A stretch of 64,000 nucleotides of DNA from Candidatus Nomurabacteria bacterium (lineage in GTDB: Bacteria; Patescibacteriota; Minisyncoccia; Phycocordibacterales; UBA9973): positions 17,453 through 81,452 of the forward strand of contig JBPOHU010000003.1 in the NCBI GenBank assembly GCA_052035195.1, given 5' to 3'. The position numbers were made by a program, and so were the translations under genes. Every line of letters starts with the position of its first letter. Position 1 is the first letter of the stretch. The notes beneath the pieces were generated by a model. That model was not told where the DNA came from. It saw only the letters and a list, made by a program, of their open reading frames with translations, and made no database searches. Below, one piece after another: positions 49,562 through 59,773 of the stretch.

Positions 49562-50614
49562 ATGTTAGAAAATCGTCCTATTCGTATTAGTACAGATACC
49601 TTATTTAGGGCAGTTCTTGTTGGTCTTGTCGTTTACGCAGTTTTTCTTCTCAGAGACATTGTTCTGCTTATTCTTGCTGCTATTGTCATCGCTTCTTTTG
49701 TAGAGTCTGGGGTAAGAGCTTTTGCTCGTATAAAAGTAAGCAGACTTTTAGCAGTTCCAATCATTTATAGTATTGTCATCGCTATTTTAGTTGCTATATT
49801 TTATGCTTTTGTTCCGATAATATTCCGGGAGCTCTCTGGTGTCATCGGCCTTATCTCTACCTATCTTCCATCTTCTCCATCTATAAATACTGAATCAATA
49901 GAAGGGGCTACAGATATAGTTAATAATATTTCCAAGAATACTTCTATTCCAGACTTGCTTTCAAATATTAAAAGTATAGCTTCTAGTTTTTCTCAAGGAG
50001 CTACTTCTATTATAGGAAGTACTTTTGGAGGAATGATAAATCTGATACTGGTTATAGTGATGTCTTTCTATCTTTCTGTTCAAGAAAAGGGGATACAAAT
50101 GTTTCTTAGAATTGTTACACCTGCAAAACACGAAAGATATGTCATAGATCTTTGGGTTCGAACACAGCGCAAGATTGGCTTATGGTTTCAGGGGCAACTT
50201 TTCTTGGGGGCTGTTATTGCCGCTATTGCTTTTGCAGGGCTCGCTCTCTTGGGGGTTCAATATGCTTTCTTGATAGCTATTATTAGTGGTATTGCTGAGC
50301 TTATTCCTTTTGGTCTGACATTTGCTGCTATCCCAGCCGTTCTCTTTGCTGTTATAAATGGTGGGGTCCTTCTAGGATTTAAAGTTCTTATTTTTTATAT
50401 TATTCTTCAGCAATTAGAAAACTACGTTCTTGGTCCGACCATTGTAAAAAGAGTAGTGGGTATACCGCCTCTTATTGTTATGGTAGCTTTCTTGATAGGT
50501 ATTAGTTTAGCTGGATTTTGGGGTGCACTACTAGCTATACCTATGGCAGTATTGGTGCTTGAATATTTAGGTGATAAAGAAAAAAGTAAATACGTAACTG
50601 TTACTGAGAATTAA
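49562..50614 (+). CDS. AI-2E family transporter
   Basis: WFQGQ, IPFG, QQLENY and GALLAIP motifs. Confidence 0.92.
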   Translation: MLENRPIRISTDTLFRAVLVGLVVYAVFLLRDIVLLILAAIVIASFVESGVRAFARIKVSRLLAVPIIYSIVIAILVAIFYAFVPIIFRELSGVIGLISTYLPSSPSINTESIEGATDIVNNISKNTSIPDLLSNIKSIASSFSQGATSIIGSTFGGMINLILVIVMSFYLSVQEKGIQMFLRIVTPAKHERYVIDLWVRTQRKIGLWFQGQLFLGAVIAAIAFAGLALLGVQYAFLIAIISGIAELIPFGLTFAAIPAVLFAVINGGVLLGFKVLIFYIILQQLENYVLGPTIVKRVVGIPPLIVMVAFLIGISLAGFWGALLAIPMAVLVLEYLGDKEKSKYVTVTEN

Positions 50615-50617
50615 ATT

Positions 50618-52084
50618 ATGGAAAATAAAAAATTTTATATAACTACAACTTTACCTTATGTGAATTCTGATCCACATGTTGGTTTTGCCATGGAAATAAT
50701 ACGAGCTGATAGTATCGCTAGGTTTAAAAAACTATTGGGTTATGAAGTATTTTTCAATACTGGCACTGATGAGCATGGACAAAAACTTTTAGCGGATGCT
50801 ACTAAAGCGGGTAAGACACCAAAAGAATATGTAGATTATTATGCAGAACAATTTAGAGGACTAAAAGATCTTTTGGGTATAACAGAAGATGTACATTTTA
50901 TTCGTACTACAGACGAACACCATGAAAAGGCAGCTCAAGAGCTTTGGAAGATTGTAGAGAAAAATGGCTATATATATAAAAAGAATTATCAAGCTAAATA
51001 TTGTGTTGGTTGTGAGCTTGAAAAAACAGATAGTGAGCTCAACGAAGAAGGCCAGTGTCCTATACACCCAGGGAAAGATTTGGAAATAATAAATGAAGAA
51101 AATTACTTTTTTGCCTTTTCTAAGATTGCTCCAATGATTGAAAATCTTTACAAAGAAAAACCTTCTTTGGTTATACCAGAATTTAGGTTTAATGAAATGA
51201 AAGCTTTTTTATCTAGAGGAATAGAAGATTTTTCTATTTCAAGATTAAAGAGCAAAATGTCTTGGGGAGTACCGGTACCAGGAGATGAAGAGCACGTGAT
51301 GTATGTTTGGTTTGATGCTCTTACTAACTATATTTCTACATTGGGATGGCCAGAAGATGAGAAAGGTTTTTTCAGAGATTTTTGGCAAGAAGGAGAGAAG
51401 GTTCAATATTGTGGTAAAGATAATACTCGCCAACAATCAATGATGTGGCAAGGAATGTTGCTTGCAGCCGGATTACCAACAACAGATCATATAATAATAA
51501 ATGGTTTTATAAATTCTGGTGGGCAAAAAATGTCTAAATCTTTAGGAAATGTTTTAAGCCCCTATGATATCATCGCTATTTTCGGAGCTGTAGCAGGAGA
51601 GCGATCTAGCGATGTTTTAAGATATTATTTACTTCGTCATATGAATTCTTTTGAAGATTCTGATATGACACTCGAGAGTTTAAATGAAGCCTATCAATCT
51701 GGACTCTCTAATGGTATTGGAAACTTAACTTCACGCATAATGACATTATCCGAATCTCACTGTGAAGGTTTTGATGAGCTTCCAAATGTTATGCATCCAG
51801 AAAATATAATAAAAGCAGTTGAGTCTTTCGATATTCAAAAAGCTATGAACTACATTTGGGAAAACATTGCAACTATTGATCAAAAAATTCAAATTACCAA
51901 ACCTTTTTCTGTTATTAAAGAAGACAGGGAAGCAGGAATTGCCATTATCAACGGTCTTGTTTCTGATCTATACGGTATTGCTATATCTCTTGCTCCATTT
52001 ATGCCAAAGACAAGTGAAAGTATTATTGAATGCATTCGTAATAATAAAAAACCAGAAGTACCACTTTTTGCACGCTTACAGTAA
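50618..52084 (+). CDS. metG: Methionyl-tRNA synthetase (short form)
   Basis: HVGF, TGTDEHG, YVWFDAL and KMSKS motifs. Confidence 0.97.
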   Translation: MENKKFYITTTLPYVNSDPHVGFAMEIIRADSIARFKKLLGYEVFFNTGTDEHGQKLLADATKAGKTPKEYVDYYAEQFRGLKDLLGITEDVHFIRTTDEHHEKAAQELWKIVEKNGYIYKKNYQAKYCVGCELEKTDSELNEEGQCPIHPGKDLEIINEENYFFAFSKIAPMIENLYKEKPSLVIPEFRFNEMKAFLSRGIEDFSISRLKSKMSWGVPVPGDEEHVMYVWFDALTNYISTLGWPEDEKGFFRDFWQEGEKVQYCGKDNTRQQSMMWQGMLLAAGLPTTDHIIINGFINSGGQKMSKSLGNVLSPYDIIAIFGAVAGERSSDVLRYYLLRHMNSFEDSDMTLESLNEAYQSGLSNGIGNLTSRIMTLSESHCEGFDELPNVMHPENIIKAVESFDIQKAMNYIWENIATIDQKIQITKPFSVIKEDREAGIAIINGLVSDLYGIAISLAPFMPKTSESIIECIRNNKKPEVPLFARLQ

Positions 52085-52866
52085 TGAAAATAATCGATAC
52101 TCACTCACATTTTAACCTCCATCAATTTGAGCATGATTTGCCGGAGTCTATTTCGCGTATGGTAGAAGCAGAAGTTGGCACCATAACTATCGGTATTGAT
52201 TTGCCAACTAGCGACCATGCTATGCGACTAGCACAAGAGCATTCTAGTATTTGGGCTTGTGTTGGTCAGCATCCGACAGAGTGGGACAAAGATTTTGATG
52301 AAATTGAATTTAGAAAATTACTAAGCGAAAAAAGGGTTGTAGCAGTAGGAGAGTGCGGAATAGATTATTATAGAGAAAAAGATAGGGGTGCAATCAAAGA
52401 GCAAAAAGAATTATTTTTGAGGCAGATTAGTTTAGCCCATGAATTCAACTTGCCTTTAATGCTCCACATAAGACCTGAGCAGGACACAATGAATGCCTAC
52501 GAAGAGGCTCTAGATATTTTAGAAGAATACAAAAATCTTTGGCCAGACTTGAGGGGTACAGCGCACTTTTTTGTTGGGACAAAAGAAGTAGCAAAAAGAT
52601 TTTTAGACTTAGGTTTTTTTATTTCTTTCTCAGGTGTTATTACTTTTGTGAAGGAATATGAAGAGTTAGTAAAATTTGTTCCTATAGAGCGCATTCTTCC
52701 TGAGACTGATGCACCTTTTGCCACACCTGTGCCACATAGAGGAACTCGTAATCAACCAGAATATGTCATAGAAGTGGTTAAAAAGATAGCAGAAATAAAA
52801 GGTTTGGATTTTGAAGGTACCCAGAGTCAGCTTTTGGAAAACGCCAAAAAACTTTTTGTTTTATAG
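52084..52866 (+). CDS. tatD: TatD-family nuclease
   Basis: DTHSH, GECGID and ETDAP motifs. Confidence 0.95.
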   Translation: MKIIDTHSHFNLHQFEHDLPESISRMVEAEVGTITIGIDLPTSDHAMRLAQEHSSIWACVGQHPTEWDKDFDEIEFRKLLSEKRVVAVGECGIDYYREKDRGAIKEQKELFLRQISLAHEFNLPLMLHIRPEQDTMNAYEEALDILEEYKNLWPDLRGTAHFFVGTKEVAKRFLDLGFFISFSGVITFVKEYEELVKFVPIERILPETDAPFATPVPHRGTRNQPEYVIEVVKKIAEIKGLDFEGTQSQLLENAKKLFVL

Positions 52867-52910
52867 GCTTATTTTACAAAAATAGCTTTTTGATGTAGTA
52901 TATTGCCCAT

Positions 52911-52967
52911 AGCCCCCGTTTCCTGCTGAGCCTAAAGTGCCAGTGGGACATTGGTCCGAAGCGGGCT
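52911..52967 (+). promoter_or_regulatory. Structured rpsF leader (possible S6:S18 autoregulatory RNA)
   Basis: GC-rich stem agcccccgtttc...gaagcgggct upstream of rpsF. Confidence 0.4.
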
Positions 52968-53011
52968 TTTAATTAATAAAAATCATTCTAGCTCTAGTCT
53001 AGAATTTATAC

Positions 53012-53515
53012 ATGTCAGAAAAACAAACACGTTTGTACGAATGTGGATTTATCCTTGTTCCTACAGTTCCTGAGGCAGAAGTTCCTCAAGCAGTTGATTC
53101 TCTTAAAGCCCTTATAGCAAAAGAGGGAGGAGAAGTATCTTCTGTTGGTACACCAGAGTATATTGATCTTGCTTACACTATTGAAAAAACTTTTGGTAGT
53201 AAAAAAAGTAAGTATTCTCAAGGATACTTTGGTTTTATCAAATTTGAAGCGAGTCCAGAGTCTCTTGAAGCTCTTAAAAAAGCTCTAGATGCTGAAGTTC
53301 AAATTGTTAGATACTTGCTTATCAAAACAGATCCAACAAATACTATTTCTTTCAAAAAACCAAAAATAGAAGCAAAAAGAGGGGATGCGTCAGTTATTGA
53401 TGATGCAGACCTAGAAAGTGATGAATCAGTAGATGATATTATTGCAGCACACGAAGCTCTGCCAGATCTTCTTCCAGAAATTGAAGCAGATGCAGAAGTT
53501 AAGGATGCGGAATAA
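53012..53515 (+). CDS. rpsF: 30S ribosomal protein S6
   Basis: YECGFIL, LAYTI and IVRYL motifs; acidic tail; precedes ssb-rpsR. Confidence 0.92.
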   Translation: MSEKQTRLYECGFILVPTVPEAEVPQAVDSLKALIAKEGGEVSSVGTPEYIDLAYTIEKTFGSKKSKYSQGYFGFIKFEASPESLEALKKALDAEVQIVRYLLIKTDPTNTISFKKPKIEAKRGDASVIDDADLESDESVDDIIAAHEALPDLLPEIEADAEVKDAE

Positions 53516-53569
53516 TTATTCACTCTTTCGTCTTGCACCTACTAGATAACAGCTATAAACTTAAAATAT

Positions 53570-54031
53570 ATGTATCTAAATAAAGTATTTCTAATAGGTA
53601 ATCTTACTCGTGACCCAGAACTCAAGGCTCTTCCTACAGGAACTAAAGTAGCTAGCATTTCTCTTGCTACGAATCGTACCTGGAAAGATCAAGGTGGTGC
53701 CAAAAAAGAGGCTGTGGAATATCACAATGTTGTAGCTTTTGCTAGACAAGCAGAGGTTATAGCTCAGTACTGTAAAAAGGGAAGTTCTTTGTATATAGAA
53801 GGTCGTATCCAAACTAGAAGTTGGGATGCAACTGACGGAACAAAGAAATATAGAACAGAAATAGTTCTAGAGAATTTCCAATTTGGTCCTAAGGGTGGTG
53901 GATCTGGAACAGGAGCTCCTATGACAGGCCCTCACTCTGATGCCGAGGCTCCACAAGCTAGTGCCAAGCCAGACTTAGATACTATTGAATATCCAGAAGA
54001 AGAGATAAACCTAGAAGATATACCTTTCTAG
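53570..54031 (+). CDS. ssb: Single-stranded DNA-binding protein
   Basis: NKVFLIGNLTRDPE; C-terminal DIPF. Confidence 0.98.
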   Translation: MYLNKVFLIGNLTRDPELKALPTGTKVASISLATNRTWKDQGGAKKEAVEYHNVVAFARQAEVIAQYCKKGSSLYIEGRIQTRSWDATDGTKKYRTEIVLENFQFGPKGGGSGTGAPMTGPHSDAEAPQASAKPDLDTIEYPEEEINLEDIPF

Positions 54032-54070
54032 TCTCTAAAAACTAATTAATAATTTGCTAATAACTAACTT

Positions 54071-54271
54071 ATGAAACAAGATTACTTTAATGCAAACAGT
54101 ATTCATCATATCGACTATAAAGACGTTGATAGTTTGAAGAAGTTTCTTAACCCAAACGCTAGAATCAATTCTCGAAAGCGTACAGGTCTTACTGCAAAAA
54201 ATCAGCGCTCTCTTGCTGAAGCAGTAAAGCGTGCTCGCTTTATGGGACTGCTTCCATTCGTAGCTAACTAA
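54071..54271 (+). CDS. rpsR: 30S ribosomal protein S18 (Cys-free type)
   Basis: IDYKD and [13 protein letters not shown] motifs. Confidence 0.97.
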   Translation: MKQDYFNANSIHHIDYKDVDSLKKFLNPNARINSRKRTGLTAKNQRSLAEAVKRARFMGLLPFVAN

Positions 54272-54305
54272 ATAAAAAAACCTCTCAATTGAGAGGTTTT
54301 TTTAT

Positions 54306-54890
54306 TTAGTTAACCCGCTCTACGTATTCACCAGTTTCACTATTGATTCGGATTTTTTCACCGATGTTTATAAATAGTGGCACATTGATAGTCGCACCTG
54401 TTTCAAGTGTCGCTACTTTGTTTCCACCCGTTACACTTGCTCCTTTGATAGCTGGGGGAGCATCTACTACTTCAAGCTCAAGCTTGATAGGTATTTTAAC
54501 TCCTATAACTTGTTCTTCATCATCATCATTTGTATAAATAATAGTTTCTATTTCGCTATTCGCTTTAACAAAACGCATTTTATCTCCCACGATTTCTTCT
54601 TTGAGAGTAAATCGGTTTGATGGGTCTTTGACATCACAGAACCATATTTCATTTTTGTTCTTATATAGGAACTTTACCGGTCTTGTTGTTATATCTGCTT
54701 CTTCTGCTTTTTCTGAAGAGCCAAATGAGATTTCAGCCACACGACCAGTTAGTAGGTTTTTTAGTTTAGTAGCATTTACCGGCTTTCTTTGTTGTTTTCG
54801 AAACACATGTGAGGCTAGTACTTCATGAGGATGACCATCCCAGACGATTATCTTGTGTTCTTTGATTTCATTGTATTCAAGCATTGACAT
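54306..54890 (-). CDS. efp: Elongation factor P
   Basis: KLKNLLTG, ATLETGA..VPLFI and TGEYVER motifs. Confidence 0.95.
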   Translation of the reverse strand: MSMLEYNEIKEHKIIVWDGHPHEVLASHVFRKQQRKPVNATKLKNLLTGRVAEISFGSSEKAEEADITTRPVKFLYKNKNEIWFCDVKDPSNRFTLKEEIVGDKMRFVKANSEIETIIYTNDDDEEQVIGVKIPIKLELEVVDAPPAIKGASVTGGNKVATLETGATINVPLFINIGEKIRINSETGEYVERVN

Positions 54891-55004
54891 AGTTTATTTT
54901 TCGGGGTTATTTAGTCCTAATAGGGAAGATTGTAGCTTAAATATTAAATAAACTCAACAATACAAGCTTTTTCTTTATTTATATAAAAATAGTATAATTT
55001 AAAT

Positions 55005-55892
55005 ATGAATAAAGAGGGTGAGCACGGTTTCACTATTATTGAGATTATAGGAGCTTTTGCTATTATAGGTCTTATTTTAAGTGTTGTAATTTCAGGTATT
55101 CAAAAATCAAAAGATAAAAAGTCAGACTTAAGTGTCAAGGCTGAGTTAGCAGAAATACAAATAGATGTCTCCGAATACGATATTGCTCCAGGTGTTACAG
55201 ATTTTACTGCGGCATTTAACTCTAAGGGTGTTTCTCAAAAATTACTAGACATAGCTTCTTCTTTGGGAGTTTCTCCAGGGGAATATGAGTATGTAGCTAC
55301 TGCTGATGAATTTGTTGTTATTTTCCCTTTAAAAAAGAGTGATACATTTTATTGTGTTGACTCAACTGGTATTTCATCTGAAGTAACGGGCTTATTAAAT
55401 ATAACAGGCCCTCGTAGTTGTAGTAATGCTACTAGATATGTAGCAGTGTCTGGATGGGAAGATGAAGATGCAGGATTACCTGGTGGCGGAGGCGGGGGTG
55501 GTGGAGGAGCAAATACTCCTCCGGTAATTACTTTAGTCCCACCTGAAATTGTCGGTTATGGAGTCAACGCTGATTTTTTTGATTATAATGGGCAAAATGT
55601 TTATGGTGTCCTTCCTGCTAGTTTTCCTGAGATATCATATACAGCAACTGATGCAGAAGATGGTGATTTAACATCTGAAGTCGTTATAGTATTTCCAGAT
55701 ACCTATAGAGTACACTTACTACCTAAAGATGGTCCATTACTTACTTTTTTTAAAAAAATTGTTTACCCAACATCTGTTGATGCAAAAGGAGGGCCTAGTT
55801 GTTTAGCTATAACAACTCGTATGTACCAAGTCACTGATAGCGGAGGACTCACCGCTACTGCTTATAGAGATTTTACAGCTGTTTGTAGTTAA
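55005..55892 (+). CDS. Type IV pilin-like protein with a C-terminal Ig-like domain
   Basis: G|FTIIE prepilin site; Gly linker; PPVITL, ATDAEDGDLT and YQVTDSGG motifs. Confidence 0.85.
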   Translation: MNKEGEHGFTIIEIIGAFAIIGLILSVVISGIQKSKDKKSDLSVKAELAEIQIDVSEYDIAPGVTDFTAAFNSKGVSQKLLDIASSLGVSPGEYEYVATADEFVVIFPLKKSDTFYCVDSTGISSEVTGLLNITGPRSCSNATRYVAVSGWEDEDAGLPGGGGGGGGGANTPPVITLVPPEIVGYGVNADFFDYNGQNVYGVLPASFPEISYTATDAEDGDLTSEVVIVFPDTYRVHLLPKDGPLLTFFKKIVYPTSVDAKGGPSCLAITTRMYQVTDSGGLTATAYRDFTAVCS

Positions 55893-55948
55893 ACTTAAAT
55901 AAAATAAAAATACCCTTCAATTGAAGGGTATTTTTATTACTTAATTAT

Positions 55949-57022
55949 TTATTCTCCTGCACTATCAGCTACAACTTCTTTCATTCTTTTTCGAACGTCT
56001 TTTTGTATTTGATCTCGAACTTTTGTATTTTCTCTCATAAAGACTCGAGTAGCATCATATCCTCGTCCAAGTTTTACTTCCTCCTCGCCCAGAGAAGCTT
56101 TAGCGGAGTTGGGTTTGACTTCAGGTTTGTATGTATAAGAAGTACCATTTTTTTCGATTACTCCAAGCTTTTCTCCTAGAGCAATTAGTTCTCCTTCAAG
56201 AGAAATACCTTCTCCATAGATGATATCAAATTCTGTTTGTTTAAAAGGGGAGGCGACTTTGTTCTTTACTACTTTTACTCTTGTTCGACTTCCGACTACC
56301 TCTTCACCCTTTTTTATTTGAGCAATACGACGAATATCAAGACGAATAGAAGTATAGAACTTCAAAGCCTTACCACCTGGAGTAGTCTCAGGATTACCAA
56401 ACATCACTCCTATTTGCATACGTATTTGGTTTATAAATATCACTACAGTTTTAGATTTGTGTACTATAGCAGTTAGTTTTCGGAGTGCCTGACTCATGAG
56501 ACGAGCTTGTTTACCCATGTGTTGTTGCCCCATGTCTCCTTCGATTTCATCTTTTGGGGTAAGAGCAGCTACTGAGTCAACAACTATTACATCTATCTTG
56601 CCACTACGAACAAGGGATTCACATATCTCTAGGCCTTGTTCACCAGTGTCTGGTTGAGATATGAGAAGTTCTTGGATCTTTACTCCAATGTTTCCAGCAT
56701 ACTCTGGGTCCATGGCATGTTCTGCATCAATATATGCACATACTCCACCAAGCTTTTGAGCTTCAGCTACGATGTGTAGAGCTAGGGTAGTCTTACCAGA
56801 GGATTCTGGTCCAAATATTTCCATGATACGACCTCTAGGTACTCCTCCGATACCGAGAGCAATATCAAGCCCGATAGAGCCAGTAGGGATGACACTTAGA
56901 TTAACCTTTGGTGTATCACCTAGCTTCATGATCGCCCCTTCTCCAAATTTTGTTTGAATACTTTTTATTGTGTCATCTATCGATGAACCTGTTTCTTTAG
57001 GTGTTGTTGATTTCTTTGCCAT
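55949..57022 (-). CDS. recA: Recombinase A
   Basis: [14 protein letters not shown] and GGKALKFY motifs. Confidence 0.99.
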   Translation of the reverse strand: MAKKSTTPKETGSSIDDTIKSIQTKFGEGAIMKLGDTPKVNLSVIPTGSIGLDIALGIGGVPRGRIMEIFGPESSGKTTLALHIVAEAQKLGGVCAYIDAEHAMDPEYAGNIGVKIQELLISQPDTGEQGLEICESLVRSGKIDVIVVDSVAALTPKDEIEGDMGQQHMGKQARLMSQALRKLTAIVHKSKTVVIFINQIRMQIGVMFGNPETTPGGKALKFYTSIRLDIRRIAQIKKGEEVVGSRTRVKVVKNKVASPFKQTEFDIIYGEGISLEGELIALGEKLGVIEKNGTSYTYKPEVKPNSAKASLGEEEVKLGRGYDATRVFMRENTKVRDQIQKDVRKRMKEVVADSAGE

Positions 57023-57038
57023 ACTCTCTTTTCACTTT

Positions 57039-57419
57039 TTATTGATAATTAATAACCATCGTTGTAGCCAGGTCTGATGTTGGCTGTGCTACTAGATGAA
57101 GAATCTTTTTTTGTTCTTTACCAAATCTATCTTTTTGTTTGATTTCTATAATATTATAACCCGGAGATAGCAGGGCACCATCGTTGAAAACTCCACTTGG
57201 GTCTACAGAAACGATTCGTCCGTTTATTTCGAGGCTTGATGCATGTTTTGCCATACCAGATATTGGTAAAAAAGTATCAGTCAGTGTTGCTCCGTCAGAT
57301 GCTGATTTTATAGAAAAGGCAGTACCAAAAAATAAATCTTTTGTATTATAAAAAACAAGCATAAGTACACTAGAGATTCCTATCCACATTATTAGTTTCG
57401 ATATGTGTGGTTTCTTCAT
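57039..57419 (-). CDS. Hypothetical protein (TM + Ig-like)
   Basis: INGR and LSPGYNII...DRFG motifs. Confidence 0.75.
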   Translation of the reverse strand: MKKPHISKLIMWIGISSVLMLVFYNTKDLFFGTAFSIKSASDGATLTDTFLPISGMAKHASSLEINGRIVSVDPSGVFNDGALLSPGYNIIEIKQKDRFGKEQKKILHLVAQPTSDLATTMVINYQ

Positions 57420-57423
57420 ATAT

Positions 57424-59586
57424 TTATAGTCCCATTTCTTCTGCTACGTGGTCGACAGTTGATTCTTTTGGTCCATGAGAAAGAACTTCTCTTGGTTTTG
57501 CTCCATCTGCTGGACCTATTACTCCACGCTCTTCAAGCATATCCATGAGGCGTGCAGCTCGAGCATAACCAACCTTAAGCTTGCGTTGTAGGTATGAAGT
57601 AGAGCCCTTACCCGCTTCTATTATTATAGCGCGTGCCTCCTCGTATAGAGCATCATCAGTATCAGTGTCACTATCAGCTATACCATCGGCAAATAGAGAC
57701 TTTTCTCCTGTCATGGTGCCTGTAAATTCAATAGTGTCAGGAATCTCATCTTTAAATGCGTCTTTAAGATATTTCACAATAGCCTTAACTTCATCTTCGG
57801 TGATATTTGCACTTTGTAGTCGACGTGGTTGGTTGTCACCAATCATAGCCAGCATATCTCCTCGTCCTAATAGTTTTTCTGCTCCGACAGTATCTAAAAT
57901 AGTACGAGAGTCGATACCAGTAGGAACGCGAAGTGCGATACGAGACGGCACATTAGCCTTGATAAGTCCTGTAATGACATTAACTTCAGGTCGCTGTGTA
58001 GAGAGTATAAGGTGTATACCAACAGCTCGGGACATTTGTGCGAGTCTTACGATAGCTGCTTCGAGTTCCCGAGGGTAGGCTTGCATGATATCAGCAAGCT
58101 CATCAATAATTATGACTATATAAGGCATACGATCAGCGCCACCTTCAGTTGCCGTAGCACCTTTTGCAAATTCTTTTTCGTGTAGTTTGTGGTATGAATC
58201 TATATCACGCACTGATTCTGATTCTAGTATGTCATAGCGACGATTCATTTCTGATGCTGCCCACTTGAGAGAAAGGATAGCTTTCTTTGCTTCTGTGATA
58301 ACAGGAGTTAGTAGGTGAGGGATACCATTGTAAAGTGTGAGCTCAACACGTTTTGGATCAACAAAGATAAATCGAAGTTCATCAGGACCGTGGCGATAGA
58401 GGAGTGAGGAAATGATTGCGTGGATAGTAACTGATTTACCACTACCTGTGGTTCCGGCGATAAGTAGGTGTGGCATTTTTGCAATACTTTCGTATGTAGC
58501 TTTTCCGGAAATATTTCGTCCCAATGCCACGATGAGAGGTTTGTGATTTTCAGTGAATGCAGGATCAGCTACAAGAGAAGATAGTCCAACAGTAGATTTT
58601 GTTTTATTTGGGATCTCTATACCTACGAGACTTTTACCAGGGATAGGGGCTTCAATACGAATAGGGTGGGCAGCGAGAGATAGGGCGAGGTCATTCTGAA
58701 GACCTAAAATTCTTGTAAGTTTTACTCCTTGTGCAGGCTTTAATGCATACCGGGTAACTGTTGGACCGATGGTGATTTCATCCATTTCTACCTCTATTCC
58801 GAACTCAGCAAGAGTGCGTTTGATGATGTTTGCATTTGCCTTCACATCTCCTACATTTGCCTTACCACTATCCTTTTCAAGAAGAGAAATTGGTGGAGGA
58901 GTATAAAGAGTACTAGGCTTTCTTTTTGGTATTGGAATAGCAAATTCTTCTTCGCTCGGTAGAGGGACAGTTGCTCTTGTGTTTTCCGCTCGTACTTCAT
59001 CTTTTTTTACTACAGGTCTTTCAGGCTCTTCTCCCGTGTAGTCTTCTATGATTGGTTCGGTTCGAGGTTTTTTTGTAAAGAGGGATTTTATTTTTTCCCA
59101 GATAGCCACAAAGTGAGGGAATAGGTTTGGTGTTCTGTCGAAGAATATAATAAGAGAACTAGCACAAAATACAGCCAGTATAAGAGCTCCAAAAACAGTG
59201 TCAAAAAGGGTTACAAAAGGGAAGCGAACCAGAGAGCCAACAAAGCCTCCATACTCTGGGCTAGCTACCGTTAGAAGCCCAAGAAGACTCAAGATACCCA
59301 CAGTACTACCCACCCATTCTCTAGGAGAAGCTGTTATTTTTCTTTTTCTGATAACTAAAATACCTGCAGTTAAAAGTCCAACAGGAATCATAATAGCCCC
59401 AGCTCCAAGAATCATATAAGCGCCACGCCATAGTACCAACCCTCCAACTCCTGCTCCTCCTATAGCTCCACCAAATGATACTAGAGATATCAATATTAGT
59501 ATTAAACCAAGTACAACGTGGTTTGTAGTTCCTGTTTTCTCAGACTTATTTTTAGAATCTTTTTTTGAAGACGGTTTGTTTGCCAT
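57424..59586 (-). CDS. ftsK: DNA translocase FtsK/SpoIIIE
   Basis: N-terminal TMs, GTTGSGKS, DELAD, gamma domain LQRKLKVGYARAAR. Confidence 0.97.
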   Translation of the reverse strand: MANKPSSKKDSKNKSEKTGTTNHVVLGLILILISLVSFGGAIGGAGVGGLVLWRGAYMILGAGAIMIPVGLLTAGILVIRKRKITASPREWVGSTVGILSLLGLLTVASPEYGGFVGSLVRFPFVTLFDTVFGALILAVFCASSLIIFFDRTPNLFPHFVAIWEKIKSLFTKKPRTEPIIEDYTGEEPERPVVKKDEVRAENTRATVPLPSEEEFAIPIPKRKPSTLYTPPPISLLEKDSGKANVGDVKANANIIKRTLAEFGIEVEMDEITIGPTVTRYALKPAQGVKLTRILGLQNDLALSLAAHPIRIEAPIPGKSLVGIEIPNKTKSTVGLSSLVADPAFTENHKPLIVALGRNISGKATYESIAKMPHLLIAGTTGSGKSVTIHAIISSLLYRHGPDELRFIFVDPKRVELTLYNGIPHLLTPVITEAKKAILSLKWAASEMNRRYDILESESVRDIDSYHKLHEKEFAKGATATEGGADRMPYIVIIIDELADIMQAYPRELEAAIVRLAQMSRAVGIHLILSTQRPEVNVITGLIKANVPSRIALRVPTGIDSRTILDTVGAEKLLGRGDMLAMIGDNQPRRLQSANITEDEVKAIVKYLKDAFKDEIPDTIEFTGTMTGEKSLFADGIADSDTDTDDALYEEARAIIIEAGKGSTSYLQRKLKVGYARAARLMDMLEERGVIGPADGAKPREVLSHGPKESTVDHVAEEMGL

Positions 59587-59773
59587 AGGTGTTTATACAG
59601 GATGAAGTATATCATGGGCTAGATTAAGAAAACAGCAAAAAAGATTGAAATATAAGGCTTATTCTGAAACAGACTTGTCCTTGCAACAAGGGGGAGTTGT
59701 CCCTTATACTGTCCTTAATAAAAAATTCTTTCTTCTAGGACAAAAGCTTTAAAAGACATAAGAGACAAAATAA

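Noticed and set aside
55481-55508. G-rich tract as a G-quadruplex or phase-variable repeat
   Set aside because: It encodes a Gly linker with mixed codons.
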